NCBI GenBank assembly: GCA_950097015.1
Contig: CATNEN010000039.1
Span: 15,934,001 to 15,998,000 of the forward strand
From: Macrostomum hystrix
Taxonomy: Eukaryota; Animalia; Platyhelminthes
Length of the DNA stretch: 64,000 nucleotides
Direction of reading: 5' to 3'
Below the pieces are notes generated by a model. The model had not been told where the DNA came from, searched no databases, and worked only from the letters and a program-made list of their open reading frames with translations. Within the stretch, counting starts at the first letter, position 1, and the number at the start of each line of letters is the position of its first letter. Below, one piece after another: positions 1 to 13,946 of the stretch. Made by a program: the position numbers and the translations under genes.

Positions 1-600
1 CATTGCTGTGCTGATTATTGCATTGCTGTACTATTGATTGCATTGCTGTGCTGTTGATTGCATTGCTGTGCTGTTGATTGCATTGCTGTGCTGTTGATTG
101 CATTGCTGTGCTGTTGATTGCATTGCTGTGCTAGGTTGATTGCATTGCTGTGCTGTTGATTGCATTGCTGTGCTGTTGATTGCATTGCTGTGCTGTTGAT
201 TGCATTGCTGTGCTAGGTTGATTGCATTGCTGTGCTGATGACTGCAGCTGCTGCTGTGCTGATGGTTGCAGCTGCTGCTGTGCTGATGGTTGCAGCTGCT
301 GCTGTGCTGATGGTTGCAGCTGCTGCTGTGCTGATGGTTGCAGCTGCTGCTGTGCTGATGGTTGCAGCTGCTGCTGTGCTGATGGTTGCAGCTGCTGCTG
401 TGCTGATGGTTGCAGCTGCTGCTGTGCTGATGACTGCAGCTGCTGCTGTGCTGATGGTTGCAGCTGCTGCTGTGCTGATGACTGCAGCTGCTGCTGTGCT
501 GTTGATTGTAGCTGCTGCTGTGCTGTTGATTGCAGCAGCTGCTGTGCTGTTGATTGCAGCGGCTGTTGTGCTGTTGATGGGAGCTGCTGCTGTGCTGATG
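1..600. repeat. Intronic minisatellite: 20-bp unit (gttgattgcattgctgtgct) switching to a 24-bp unit (gatggttgcagctgctgctgtgct)
   Basis: Tandem periodicity read directly. ORFs 222..773 and 232..651 are translations of the repeat. Confidence 0.95.
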
Positions 601-700
601 ATTTCAGCTACGATAGTGCTGCTACTAAATGGAAAACTAAAAGTTTCTTAGTAAACAGCGGGCTAAATGTCGCAGTTGATTACGAATGCTCAAACTCCAG

Positions 701-3399
701 GCCACAGTGTACCAGACTCCCAGGGATGGCATGCTCGTGCCGGTGCTTGTTCTGCGCCCGTCTCTATCGTTGAGCGAGACTGCAGACTACAATGCCACTC
801 TACTTGAGGTCGCATGGAAGAAGCTCATCTTGATCAACGACACCGACAATGTCATGCTGAAGTAAGCTTAAATCGTGAGCACGATTTTTTAAATCTTAGA
901 TTCTAGAGATTTTTAGAAAAGAACAAACTTTTACAAACAAAAAAGAAAATAAATTTTGCTATGGCCGAATGAAGATTCTGAAGCTTATGGAAAACAACAA
1001 ACTAGCTAATTTTATTAATAGACAAATAAAAGCAATAAACTTGATTAAAATTGACAAACGAGAAAAATGAGAAAACGGAGCAGGGGCTGGAAATTAATGA
1101 AAAAAAAATTCACTGAGAAAAATAACGGTACTTAAAATAAAAAACTGACAATTGTTTCTTAGAAAAAATGATATTCATAAAATTCGGAAATTTAATATAA
1201 CTTTTTATAACTTTATAACCGCATATAGTATATGTATATAATATTATATAATATAACGTATTTAATATAATATATTAAATATATAAATATAAATTATATA
1301 TAAATATAATATATATATATAACATGTATGTATATATAAAATGTAATATATATAACATATTTAATTTTATATATTGTAATACTATATAGTATACAACTAC
1401 ATAATATAACTTTAATATTACAACTTTTTTATCAATTCAAGTAATATTTCTATATTTTATTCGCATTTTATAAATATAAATATATATGATCAGTTATAGA
1501 AACTTTCATTTTCGAAACTAGAATATTAGAACTATACATTTTAAAAAATAGAAACTAGTCTATCTAAACATTACCACAACTATAAGAACTAAAAAAGTGG
1601 AACGAAAAATTAGCAAAAAAACTAAAGCAAACTTGAATAGATTATAGTTAACTAAACTAAATTAACCAACGAAACTAGAAATTAATGGAACGTTTTAATT
1701 TATCGGTAATTAAAATTGATGTTAATTTAAAGTTAATTGAAGCGCTATACTAATTCAAGGCTTTTAAGTATACAGTGGACTTCACAACTAATATGCGACT
1801 TCTAGCCTGCAGTCGGATAAATTTTTATTAAATTTTCAATTTACAGCTACGATCAAGTGGATGTCACCAGGCAGATGCTCCAGGTGCGCTTCTTTCAGTA
1901 TTACTCAGTGCTCAAACGAGCCGCTCTCGCTGAGAACGTCACAGCCGTTGAGTGAGCAGTCATCATTTTTCCATTAATACGTGTTTTTTCGAGTAGGATT
2001 TTCTAGCACTTGTATCTTTAAAACATACCCATGCAAATTACTATGCTAGGAAATTTACTAATATCAATTCAGGAAATATGAGATTTCGGTAACATGGGAA
2101 TTCGGGGAGATAGGATTTTGGGGAGATGAGATTTCGAAAAAAAATACGATTTTTTAGAATGGGGATTTCAGAAATATGGGATTTCAGAAATATGGGAATT
2201 CAGAAATATGGGATTTCAGAAATATGGGATTTCAGAAATATGGGATTTCAGAAATATGGGATTTCAGAAATATGGGATTTCAGAAATATGGGAATTCAGA
2301 AATATGGGATTTCAGAAATATGGGATTTCAGAAATATGGGATTTCATAAATATGGGATTTCAGAAATATGGGATTTCAGAAATATAGAGAATACCAAGTT
2401 TCTTATCAGATCAGCAGGCGGGACAATGGTCAGTCTATTGGACAGCATGGACCGGCTGCTGCAGACTGACAATAGATTCTTGCTGCAACGGCTCATCAAC
2501 AAAGCCAAGTCGTTCGCCAAGGATTCTACCGAGTTGGCCCTGTACGAATTCAACGTTCGCAACCAGCTGACCTGCTGGGGTCCGGGACCCCACACAGTTC
2601 AGGACTATGCGGCCCGCATGTACAATGGATTGATTGCCAGATATTACAGGCCGAGATGGGCGCTGTTTATCAGCCAGTTGACCGACGCGATTAGACAGGT
2701 CAGTCAAGGTGATCATTGTTGCGTTCTGATCAGTTGAAGACAAACCCGCGTCATTTGACTATCGTTGCAGAAAATAGCATTTGACGAAACCAAGTTTGTG
2801 ATAGATGTCTACGAGACTGTTGAACTGCCATTCTACACGGGAAACTGCTCGACTGGGCCTGATGCGGCCACGGGTAAGGCGTAATCTGACCCACGCGCCT
2901 TCATCTGACACCCAACTGCCTTTATCTGACACCCAACTGCTTCATCTCACACCCACCTGCCTTCATCTGACACCAACCTGCCTTATCTGACACTCACCTG
3001 CCTTCATCTGACACCCAACAGCCTTCATCTGACACCCAACTGCCTTTATCTGACACCCAACTGCTTCATCTCACACCCACCTGCCTTCATCTGACACCAA
3101 CCTGCCTTATCTGACACTCACCTGCCTTCATCTGACACCCAACAGCCTTCATCTGACACCCAACTGCTTCATCTGACACCCACCTGCCTTCATCTGACAC
3201 CCACCTACCTTCATCTGACACTCTGCCTTCGTCTACGCTGCTGGGTTAATCATCTCTGCTTAAACTTGTTGACTCAGGATCGCCCTACCTGGCTGTGAAA
3301 GAGGTGGAACAATCGATGCCGCCGATGCCGAAAAATTTCCCGCTGGCTGAGGCTGAAAAAGATGAGCACTTTTTGCAGCTCTGGCTGACTGCTCCGTAG
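701..3399 (+). CDS. NAGLU: Alpha-N-acetylglucosaminidase (GH89), 3' part. Exons 701-861, 1847-1951, 2410-2698, 2771-2873, 3278-3399
   Basis: Manual splicing with compatible GT-AG phases gives ...LVLRPSL...AWKKL...YDQVDVTRQ...FLLQRLINKA...YEFNVRNQLTCWGP...DYAARMYNGLIARYYRPRW...*, matching the NAGLU C-terminal domain. AATAAA at 3459-3464. The 5' exons lie outside the window. Confidence 0.9.
2160..2385. repeat. 16-bp intronic minisatellite (gggatttcagaaatat)
   Basis: About 14 near-identical units ending about 25 bp before the acceptor at 2409. Confidence 0.95.
2895..3230. repeat. ~21-bp intronic minisatellite (catctgacacccaactgcctt)
   Basis: Tandem units fill most of the last NAGLU intron. Confidence 0.93.
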
Positions 3400-3494
3400 G
3401 CAGTGTTTAACAACACTGAACTGTTCTGATAAATTATAACTTGTTAAAATGTGTTTTTAATAAAAATTTGTCCTATCTGTAATACTGAGAGAAT

Positions 3495-3790
3495 CCTGTT
3501 AGATAATGAACTACCTGTAGATAGTGAATCACCTGTTAGATAATGAATCACCTGTTAGATAATGAACTACCTGTAGATTGTGAATCACCTGTTAGATAAT
3601 GAACTACCTGTAGATAATGGATCACCTGTTAGATAATGAACCACCTGTAGATAGTGAATCACCTGTTAGATAATGAGCTACCTGTAGATAATGGATCACC
3701 TGTTAGATAATTAACTACCTGTAGATAGTGAATCACCTGTTAGATAATGAATCCCCTGTTTAATTATCAATCACCTGTTAGATAATGTTA
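3495..3790. repeat. ~19-20-bp minisatellite (acctgttagataatgaatc)
   Basis: Tandem units just downstream of the NAGLU polyA signal. Confidence 0.92.
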
Positions 3791-4530
3791 GGCTTTGATA
3801 GCCAAGAAAGCTATCTAAACAATACTTATTCTCACGTATGAGATTTTCGCCAGACTACTCAAGGTAGTATATATAATTAAGCGCTGTTCTGCTAGTTCTT
3901 CTGAATCAGCACGATTGCACCACGACGTGCAACTAACGCGTGAGTCATTGTGAGTCAGCTAAAAAAAGAAAGAGAGAGAGAGAGATAGCGGAGTGGGTGG
4001 GTGAGTGGTGGGTGCTCAGCAGACTTTAGCACGTCAACAGGAAATCAGCTTTCATTAAGTTTTATACACAAAATCTGTACTATTTTCTCTTTTCGCTTTT
4101 GTTCTGCACTGTCCTGCCTAACATACGCCTAATTATCTTTCGTTTCTAGTTATCTACGAGCGTACTAGTTATTTTTTCTTTTAATTTTATTGTAAGAAAG
4201 GCAAAAATAAAACAATCAATAAACAATGATAAATATTGGCTGAAAATTTTGAATTTTGTCTGATCCGAAATGACAATCTTGCTGTCATTTAGACTAGCAA
4301 TGAAAAATAGTTTTTATTGGGGCTGCTTACATAGCTTCTATCTTTTTAGAGTATAAAAAGCTGTTTGTTATTGAGCAAGATGTGAAGCGCCTTACCTTAA
4401 GTTGTTAAAGTACTTTAAGTCGCCTTTTGTGGCTTACATACAAAGATAGTTCTTTTCAGAGGAATCGATCGTATTCGCTCGGATTTTAACTCTTGTCATA
4501 GAAAAGTTCGGTTCATGCTGACGGTAGCGT

Positions 4531-5983
<1,453 letters not shown>

Positions 5984-6106
5984 GTTGAAGGCTTAGGAAG
6001 GTTTTTAGGCTGTAAAAGGCGAGAGAGACTGACGGAGTTCTCCTGTTCGGTGCTCCGATGCAAATGCGGCTCGGAGCGCGGCTAAATAGCAGATAAGAGA
6101 GATTCC

Positions 6107-6361
6107 GTTACTAGGGCCGCCTTTGCGGTTGCTAATGCCCCAACCCCCGCGCGAGAGGCTCAAACCTATGATGCCCTGCCACCCCAGAGCAGCCAGACTG
6201 AAAACCCCCTCACAATAGAATGTCGCCTAGCAGCTAAATCGCATTCTACTCTCTGTACAGTTCCTAGTCGTCTCTCTTTCTCACTCCTTGCAGCCCTCAA
6301 AACCCTATCTAACCCCGAGGCACAGACAGATACAGGTAACTAAGTGTGGTAGCTAGGCGGC
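6107..6361 (-). promoter_or_regulatory. Cluster of RFX X-box-like motifs upstream of alpha-tubulin
   Basis: GTTACTAGGG (6107), GTTGCTAATG (6128), GTCGCCTAGCAGC (6222-6234) and GTAGCTAGGCGGC (6349-6361) resemble GTTGCYWRGCAAC-type sites. Confidence 0.45.
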
Positions 6362-6969
6362 TTGTCAACAACCCTAGTGTGAGTAGCCCGCGTCTCAAAG
6401 TCTGCTCAAGCCACCCCGTCTGCTATTCCAGTTTGCTATTTCTATTGAAAAATAAACAATTTAGAATTTTTGGATGCTATTGACAAAAGAGGGCAATTAG
6501 TTTTGCTGCTAGCTTATTTTTTGTCGACTGTCAGATTGCTTTTTTATATGAAAATAGCTATTCGTGCATAGAATTTCTAACTGGCTTTTACAGGCTTTGT
6601 TAAGATGCAGACTGCGTGGCATTTAATTAAGTTTTTATTTCGACTAGCATCTCCATCATCTTATTTAATTGCCTGGTACCCTTTAACTAGACAACTTAGT
6701 AAAGGTCTTAAATAAGAGTAGTGGAGTCCTGTTGTTATGCATCTGTTTTGATAAAGACGGATTTTTAATCTATTTTTGCGACGCATGACGCTAATAGAAA
6801 TGACGCACCACATTTGCATTTTAGTGTCTTGATGGCCTTAATGCACTTTTTCAATATTTGAAGCTAAAGGCTATCGAATTTACATAATTTACTCGTAGGT
6901 GCACATTTGGGATATGAAAACATCCCATATTACTTGCAGTAGTAAAAAGTTGTAAGTAGTATTAGAGGA

Positions 6970-7235
6970 GGTTGTAGCCTTGAGGTTAGAGCGTCCGACT
7001 CACGGCCTGAAGGTCATGGGTTCGATTTCCGACTCTATTGGAACGATTTAGCAATACACTTAACTGTAAATGGGTACCAGTAGTGATTGGATAATTGAAG
7101 GTGGGTGTGGCGTCCCCCCAGTCCATGTACTGAGCAGATGTACGCAGCCTTCAGATGCGCCTTGCAATAGCAGCGGCTGTGCTGTTGGCTGCACATCTGG
7201 CCCAATCGGGGCAGGTGTATTCAATTATTATTAGT
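6970..7235 (+). mobile_element. tRNA-derived SINE family 1
   Basis: A/B-box-like head (tagcc..ggttagagcg..ggttcgatt) and body (aaatgggtacc..gggtgtggcgtcccccagtccatg) shared with copies at 7385, 23740, 57975, 61090 and 62958. Confidence 0.8.
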
Positions 7236-7384
7236 TTATTAGTAACAATCGAGATTTTTGCGCCGTTTCTATGCCAGATGGATTTTTTAACACGCGTGCT
7301 GTCGGCCCGAGTTTATCCACTCGTTGATCTTGATTATGTAAAAATATTTGAGTGTACCTCTGGCCCAGCTGCAGTGACAGCACA

Positions 7385-7597
7385 GCTGCGTACGGCTGTT
7401 TAGTCCATGGACTGCATGTGGAACGCCACACGCCCACCCTCTTTACATCGGCTAATGCAGGTACACTTGTAACAGCTGCATGAAGTGACCCAATGCGTTT
7501 ATATTTCAAAATTATTGATATTGTTTAAGTGGATCGTTGGGGAATCGAACCCCCGATCTTCAATTCGTGACTCCGGCACACTATCCACTATGCTATA
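7385..7597 (-). mobile_element. tRNA-derived SINE family 1, diverged copy
   Basis: Reverse-complement matches to the body (cagtccatggactg, ccacacgcccacc) and B box (gggaatcgaacc). Confidence 0.7.
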
Positions 7598-8323
7598 GTG
7601 GAACGATACAATGTGATAATGCAAAGTTCCTCACAATATTTTATAGACTAAAGGAATGTGCACACTGACATCAAACGAATTAAACAAGCAAGTGGACAAT
7701 AACAAGTAACGATATTCATGTTTTACACGCGCTGCGTTCGTTCATTATAAAATTTTGTAGCTACTGTTGCAGACACCAAGTGTACACGCACAACGCAAGG
7801 ACCACTGCAGTATAACAGTTATACTACACTGGTCCTTTGCATGGCACCCGAATCCCTTAGCAAATTGTCGCCTCTCATCATGGCACAACTCAACCCTATA
7901 TAGTTTATCTGAACTCAACTCCTGTTGCTTTTAATTGACGTTTCGCGAAAAGGACTAAAAAACTTACACCAATCCAATTAATCTAGAAAGTCTATACTAG
8001 CTGTTCCTGTCAATTTATAATTCCCAAACCCAAGCATTAGGCATTGGATCCACCACGGTGAATAATTGATGAGTTTTATACAATCACTAGATTTCTTTGC
8101 CCGTTGTTTTTGGGGCAGAAATTTAAAGCAAAGCAGTAAGCAATTCACGTCTCTGTATTAACTTTATAGTGAAGGTCACCATTTATTTATTTACTGCATT
8201 AATGAAAAGTGAAGAGTTTGTTTAAGGGCGTTTTAAGTAAAAAATAAGTGAAAAGTTTGTCCAAACAGCCCCCTCTTGATTACTTCTTTAGAAACATGTC
8301 TCTTAGCCACTCCTCTATACAGT

Positions 8324-8599
8324 CAGTGGCAGATCCAGGAATTTTGTTTTGGGGCGGTCTGTCAGGGGAGCGCCATGAGAATCACAGAGGGGGTGCCAGC
8401 GGCCGAAAAAGGGCGCCAGGAGCCAAGAAAGGGCGCCAGCGGCTGAAAAACGGGAGCCAGCGGCTGAAAAAGGGGCGCCAGCGGCCGAAAAGGGGCGCCA
8501 GTGCTGCGACTGGCGCCCCTGGTGGGGGCATCTTATTCCCATGATTAAAATTTGGGGGGGGGCGACTGCCCCCCGCCCCCCCCCCTAAATCTGCCTCTG
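8324..8599. mobile_element. hAT-type MITE nested in the Helitron
   Basis: Imperfect TIRs CAGTGGCAGATCCAGG / CCTAAATCTGCCTCTG, perfect 8-bp TSD TATACAGT (8316-8323, 8600-8607), internal GC-rich ~20-bp repeats. Confidence 0.88.
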
Positions 8600-8751
8600 T
8601 ATACAGTATGCATGTACACGCGTATACATAAGGAAAATAGCCATGGCATAACAATAACAATGTCAAAGAAACAAAACTAAACTGTTTCAGAGTTCAGAGT
8701 TAGACAGGTCAAGGTCAATTCGTGACTACTTTTCTATTAATTGCTTGCGAG

Positions 8752-9370
8752 TCACCTCAAGGCCTGGGGATACACCACATTCTTCGTTCTTCCCCTTGGT
8801 GCGAAAATGAATAGGCCAGCTGGAGTTCCAACACGGGAGCAGGCGACATAAAGCTGCCCATGCGAGAAGCAAGGAGTCTCCAGGTTGATGCCAGCCACCT
8901 TCAGCGACTGTCCCTGAGCCTTGTTAATAGTCATCGCAAAGCACACTCTCACAGGGAACTGCAGTCGCTTGAACTGAAATGGCAGGTCCGTGGGGATAAT
9001 TGGAATCCGGGGAACGAACACAGACTCTCCTCTGCCAGATCCAGTCATTATCGTGGCCTCAATCACGTGTGGGAAGAGCCGCCTGACTATCAGTCTGGTG
9101 CCGTTACACAGCCTTGGCGCATTCAGGTTGCGGAGGAGCATAATTGGTGCCCCAACTTTCAGCTGCAAGTTGTGCGATGGAGTTCCAGGAGGATCTAGAG
9201 AGTTCAGAAACTCAACAGGATACTCCACAGCGGTGTCATCAGTCAACGTTGTATCAATTGACTTGTAGGTGAAAACTGCACCTGGCAACTCCTGAAGCAG
9301 TTGGTAGTTAATTTCGTTGGCGGCATCATTTCTAGGACACAGAATTGCCCTCTCTGACAGCCAGTCAACG
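8752..9370 (-). pseudogene. Helitron Rep/Hel helicase C-terminal fragment (Pif1 family)
   Basis: WLSERAILCPRN, LKVGAPIMLLRNL..LCNGTRL, RLQFPVRVCFAMTINKAQGQSL and FSHGQLYVACSRV motifs. The Rep domain and N-terminal helicase motifs are absent. Confidence 0.92.
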
Positions 9371-10126
9371 CCAGCCTCTCTCTTTCTTCTATCCCAGGCT
9401 GGCTGGAGAGAAATATCGACCGGAGAGCCCTGCGCACTGGGACGCCACCGCACTCACCGCACTCAGTCTCAGTGCTGCTTGGGGGCCAGTAGACAGTCTA
9501 GGGGTTTGGGCTGTGTACATTCACGGCTTGAAATACAATGTACAGTCTGGGGCTTCGGCGCCCGGGGAAGGGAGGGGGTGGCTGTAATAAAATTTGGCCC
9601 GCAGAGTGGCGGAGGGGAGTTGGGGTGGCTGTCCTCGGAAAACAAAAAGTGACTCACTTTGAGATGATGCAGCTTTGCTCTGGATTGAGTAGAGATGTTC
9701 AAAATTGACAGCATTGTTGGAAAACATGTAAAGTGTAAGTGGATCAAATTTGGAGAAAATCTGACAAAGTGGGGCGACGATATGTCGAATTGAGTGACTC
9801 GATCGATCGAATCGATTTTTGAGCAGTTTTTTGCACTTTTGAGCAGGAAGGAAATTATTTTTCGGGAATTTGAGTAGCCTATTGCACTCAGCGTAGGTGG
9901 TTTTAGGTATGTGAAAGTTTGGTGCGATTTGGTTGAGCGGTTTCGGCGTCTATAAAGACAAAAGGTTGCACACACACACACAGACACACACACACACACA
10001 GACACACAGAGTTTTCACTTTTATATATATAGATAATCCTCTGGTACTAACTGTCAGTTTATTTAACCAACAGCGTTTTGAAATTTTCACAAAGAACTGA
10101 AACGCACTTAGCTGCTACAGTTAAAC

Positions 10127-10879
10127 ATGAAACCGATCGGAATCCTAGCGACCATGATGGCGCTTCTGGTGCTCGCCATAATGCCCAAAGTGTTCTCTGA
10201 GGTCCTCAACATGCTGATGGGATATTTGTGCGTCAAGAGCGAGTTCACCATGACAGTCCAAGGACGCCTCACCAACATCGGATGTGCCATTTTGTGCGAC
10301 CGAGACCAGCGCTGCCAGTAGGCCTTCACCATGGCTGATGGTCCGTGTCAGCTGTTCGTGTTCGACAAGTGCAGGAAGTCGCTGAGGGACTGCAGCTGCT
10401 CCAGGAGTGGCCAGGTGTTTGTGAAGAAGCGGCCGGGACTCGAGGCTGGCAAGCTGTGTCCGACTGGCTACGGAAACGACCTGTGCGGAGTGAAGTACAA
10501 GCTGTACTCTGGCATAGGTTACTGCTGGTGGCCGAGCAGGCAGAAGTGCGAGTCGGAGAGCGGTCTGGTGATCATGGCCGATGTGCTCAACGCCACTGAG
10601 CTAAGTCACATTGCAGTAGCATACAGCAGCGTCTCATCTAACATCTGGCTCGGAGGTTTTCAAGCTCCGGGCAGTCCTGAGCCAGCTGGAGGCTGGTACT
10701 GGGTCGGCTGCAACATAATCTTCGACGGAAGCCTTTGGGGTAGCAGTGAGCCCAACGATGAATCTTCCTTCGGCGAGAATGTGATAGTTCGATTTGCCAA
10801 TGACTACTCCCTTTAAGATTTCTGGCAGGAGTTATTTGCGTATCCGGTACTATGCGAGTGCGTCTCACCTTTTGACTGA
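10127..10879 (+). pseudogene. Secreted PAN/apple + C-type lectin-like protein interrupted by two in-frame stops
   Basis: ORFs 10127-10321 and 10331-10816 share a frame. Signal peptide, CAILC..RC*AF...CQL apple-like pattern, then WLGG..W.W...W..SEPND...L*D....VLCE CTLD pattern. Stops at 10319 (TAG) and 10814 (TAA); terminal TGA 10877-10879. Confidence 0.72.
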
Positions 10880-11529
10880 GGTGACGATGGCTGATCTTCG
10901 ACGCCGAAATAGTCAATGAGCATGGCTTGCCCTGTTGCAAAGGGAAAGAAAACGTTTACGGTTAGTGTTCAACTATTAACAAGGATGTAAGACGCACAGT
11001 TTGGGAAGTTTGTTAAATTTTATTTTGAAGTTGCCTGCACTTTAAAGTGCAACTTTGAAGTTTAATTTCAGTTTAAGTTTTCTGTTTTAAGCTAAAGATT
11101 TGTCGTTTTAATTTATTTTTTTTAACAGAAACTTTTTAGTGGATTTCGAAATAATATACAAATATTTTTTTTATTTGCTCTATTAAGCTTTGGTTTGTGT
11201 AAGTAATCGTAGTTACTAACTTTCTATAATAAGCGAGCCCAGTTTTAACTATTTTCTACTTTCATCGAGCCACCCTGCAGCTTGTATAATCTCGGCTATT
11301 CACTCGTATAAGATGCTGTAAAAATGTTAAAATATGGTCCTAAAGAGCTAAACATTTTGTGTTCAGTTTGTGTTCATAAAGTTGATCAGTCGAATGGCGG
11401 ATCATTTGCCTCCATCGGTTGTCCCTCGTTTACATAAGGCTCGATTTTGAATCCCTCAACATCGTAGTCTTCTTCTTGTCCGTTTAGAGCTCACAATAAA
11501 ATTTTTCAAAATCAAACAGCACTTTATAA

Positions 11530-12172
11530 TTTCATAGGCGTCATTGGGTCGACTCTTAGTTTCGTTGACAGACAAACAAAGCGCTGCTTCAGGACGCCGA
11601 AGTGGCACTCCACTATGCGTCTTGTTTTGGCATAAACAACGTTAAATCAGGCCTCGGCATCAAAGGTTGGCCACTAATTGGAGTAATGAGCCAGTCCTTC
11701 AGACTGTAGCTACCAACAGTACAGCATTGTTGAAGGGCATCCAACCACCCTCAAAGGCTCACAATCGGGCTGTTGTGCAAAATGCGCTTATCGTTAATTC
11801 GTCCAGGCCATCTGGCAGATACGTATAAAAGGCTTGAAGCTGGGGACCAGGCACCACCATACAGTTATAAGAATGGTTTCCGTGTCGGTCAACAAATTGA
11901 TCCTCATTGACTGTTGGTGCAGAAATACTGATCAGAGTGCCATCAATGCAGCCAGCAACAGATGTTATTCCTGCGATTTGGTAAAAATCAGCAGCCACTA
12001 GTGTCCGAGCCTGATTACCGTCCGGCCAGCGAATTAATCGATAAAAAACGGTTTTATCGATTAGCAGCGACATCACAACACGCCGAACAGTGCGGCAGAT
12101 AGTTGCCTTAGAGACGCCGTGTGCATCACCGACAACATGATAAAAACTTCCGCAAGCAAGAAATCGAACGGT
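11530..12172 (-). mobile_element. PIF/Harbinger DDE transposase relic
   Basis: RFLACG..VGDAHGVSKATICR, GCIDGTLI, ARWPG..ND, WLITP and VECHFGVLKQRF motifs, broken by frameshifts and stops. Confidence 0.85.
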
Positions 12173-12439
12173 GTAATTTTATTATTTAAACGCGCACGCT
12201 ATCTGTTGGTGCTGATTATTAGTTTTTTATTTCTTAATTGACATTTTTTCTCGACAAACAATAGGAAAAAATCGAAGTGTTGAAAAAATAGCTTTTTAAC
12301 TGGTAAGGGTAGCGCATGGAAGTTAAAATAAAAATAATAGTAAAAAATGCAAGGGACAACAGGAATCAAATCAAATGTACGTAATAATTATGATAATTTT
12401 TTATGTTTGTTGCCATAGGGCAGCTGCACTCTTATTTTA

Positions 12440-13640
12440 GATATTTCTATGGTGTATTTTGCTAGTGCTTCTCTGGTTTCCCAGTCGTCTTGTGCCATTA
12501 TGTAGTTAGATTTCTCTTCTGTTGTTATAAGGATGCGAAATTGGGGGTTTTCTCAGAAATTTTCTTTTAAAAATTAGAACGTGCGGTGCTATACATATTC
12601 CAACTGCACTTAAATAGGAGGTGGACCTCGTTTTCAACTTTAATTTTGCAATTACTACATAATCTATTCTCATTAGGATTTTCGGTCTCGCAGTCGCAAT
12701 GTATCATAAGCTAGCGTATGGTTTCCTTGTCTAAACGAAGATGTGGTACGTCTCAACTCCGGGTTGTATATTTCTTGTAAATATTTTTCGGCTGAATAAT
12801 TTTACTTCAGAGAATAATAGAAGTGACTCAGCCTGCTTGAGTTCTGTGTCCTTTATCTCCAATGGGTATGGAACTAAAAAACTAATTTTTTCCTGTGGTT
12901 TCTAATCGCCTTTGCAGGACTAATGCCTCTGCAGTTCAGCATAACCTCATTGTTGATTTTTGTCTTGATTTCAACATCAATGTATGCTAGGTCTGCTAAT
13001 AACTTGAAAATGAATTTGTCCTTGTTATGGAGGCCCAGTATGATATGCTTCTCTTCTGGATGTTGTATATTAAAAGCAATCTGCCTAACTCTGAGCGGGC
13101 CCCATTGCTATCTGTATTTTTGGCTGACTTGTAGTATGGCTTTATAGCACCTGACGTTTACCCTTTCAAAAAGACAGCGGTCCCAAGGACCCAGGTTCTA
13201 CGAGACAAAAGCCCCCCCAGGCCTCGGTGGCGTACAGAGCTCTGCTTTCTATCATTGCTGTGCAGTACAGCATGAGCTGATTGTATCTGACCGCCCCATA
13301 GCCTGCTAATTTCCTTAAGAGTAGAATAGGGTATGTATCCACATTTTTTGTTAATCTCTGCGGCATGGGATCCACGGTTCCTTTAACATTGATGTGAAAG
13401 CCTAGATATTTTCATTTATTTGACGCTATCTAACAGTTGTCCCTGCAGAAATAGTTTGTTAGCCGTCTTTGATGGGTCAGGGCAGCAGCTAATAACCTGA
13501 GTTTTTCGCATATCGATTTCTAGCTTATGGCTCTGACAAAATTCTAACACTGTCGTGGCCTTTTTGAACTTTTGGAAAGAAAGTGGAAGTTCAGTTTTTG
13601 TTCTGACTGTCCAATAGAAAGCTACTGTGTGCATAGAACT
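12440..13640 (-). mobile_element. Degraded non-LTR retrotransposon (LINE) RT C-terminus and zinc finger
   Basis: FCQSHKLEIDMRKTQVI..KYLG, LYATEAWG and RLCSNC..VENEVHLLFKC fragments. Boundaries approximate. Confidence 0.7.
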
Positions 13641-13946
13641 GTGCAGTGGGCTGTCAGCTCGCTCTTACCTCTTTACCTCACGTACTTGTCTATGTCTATA
13701 TACAATCCACGCCTTTGATTGTATATCAAATTGTACTCGTATATTGTATATTGCATGCTCGTATTACGAGTATTTATCATACGAGCTACATACTTAAAAA
13801 GATGAGTTGTTCTGCTTTCTTTCTATTCTTATTAACAGAACTTCCACTTCTTATGTATTATGTATTAATAGGACCTTTTTACTCGTCTTCATAGCGAAGT
13901 TCTCTTTCGACCAAAGTTAACAGAAATAGTGAAAGGACAAAGGACT

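Larger units (their letters stand above)
8087..10033 (-). mobile_element. Internally deleted Helitron
   Basis: On the minus strand: 5' end A|TCTATATATATAAAAG at 10033 followed by a (TG/TC) microsatellite; 3' end GCCC..GGGC hairpin then CTAG|T at 8087; A|T target; Pif1-type helicase C-terminus inside. Confidence 0.85.

Noticed and set aside
222-773. Cys-rich metallothionein/keratin-associated-like ORF
   Set aside because: It is a translation of a 24-bp intronic minisatellite, has a non-ATG start and lies in a NAGLU intron.
1081-1763. Possible old hAT-like MITE with AACTA repeats
   Set aside because: Termini too degenerate and no TSD found.
3786-4123. Possible solo LTR (TGTTAGGC...GCCTAACA)
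   Set aside because: No TSD, and the left end overlaps the adjacent minisatellite unit. Unresolved.
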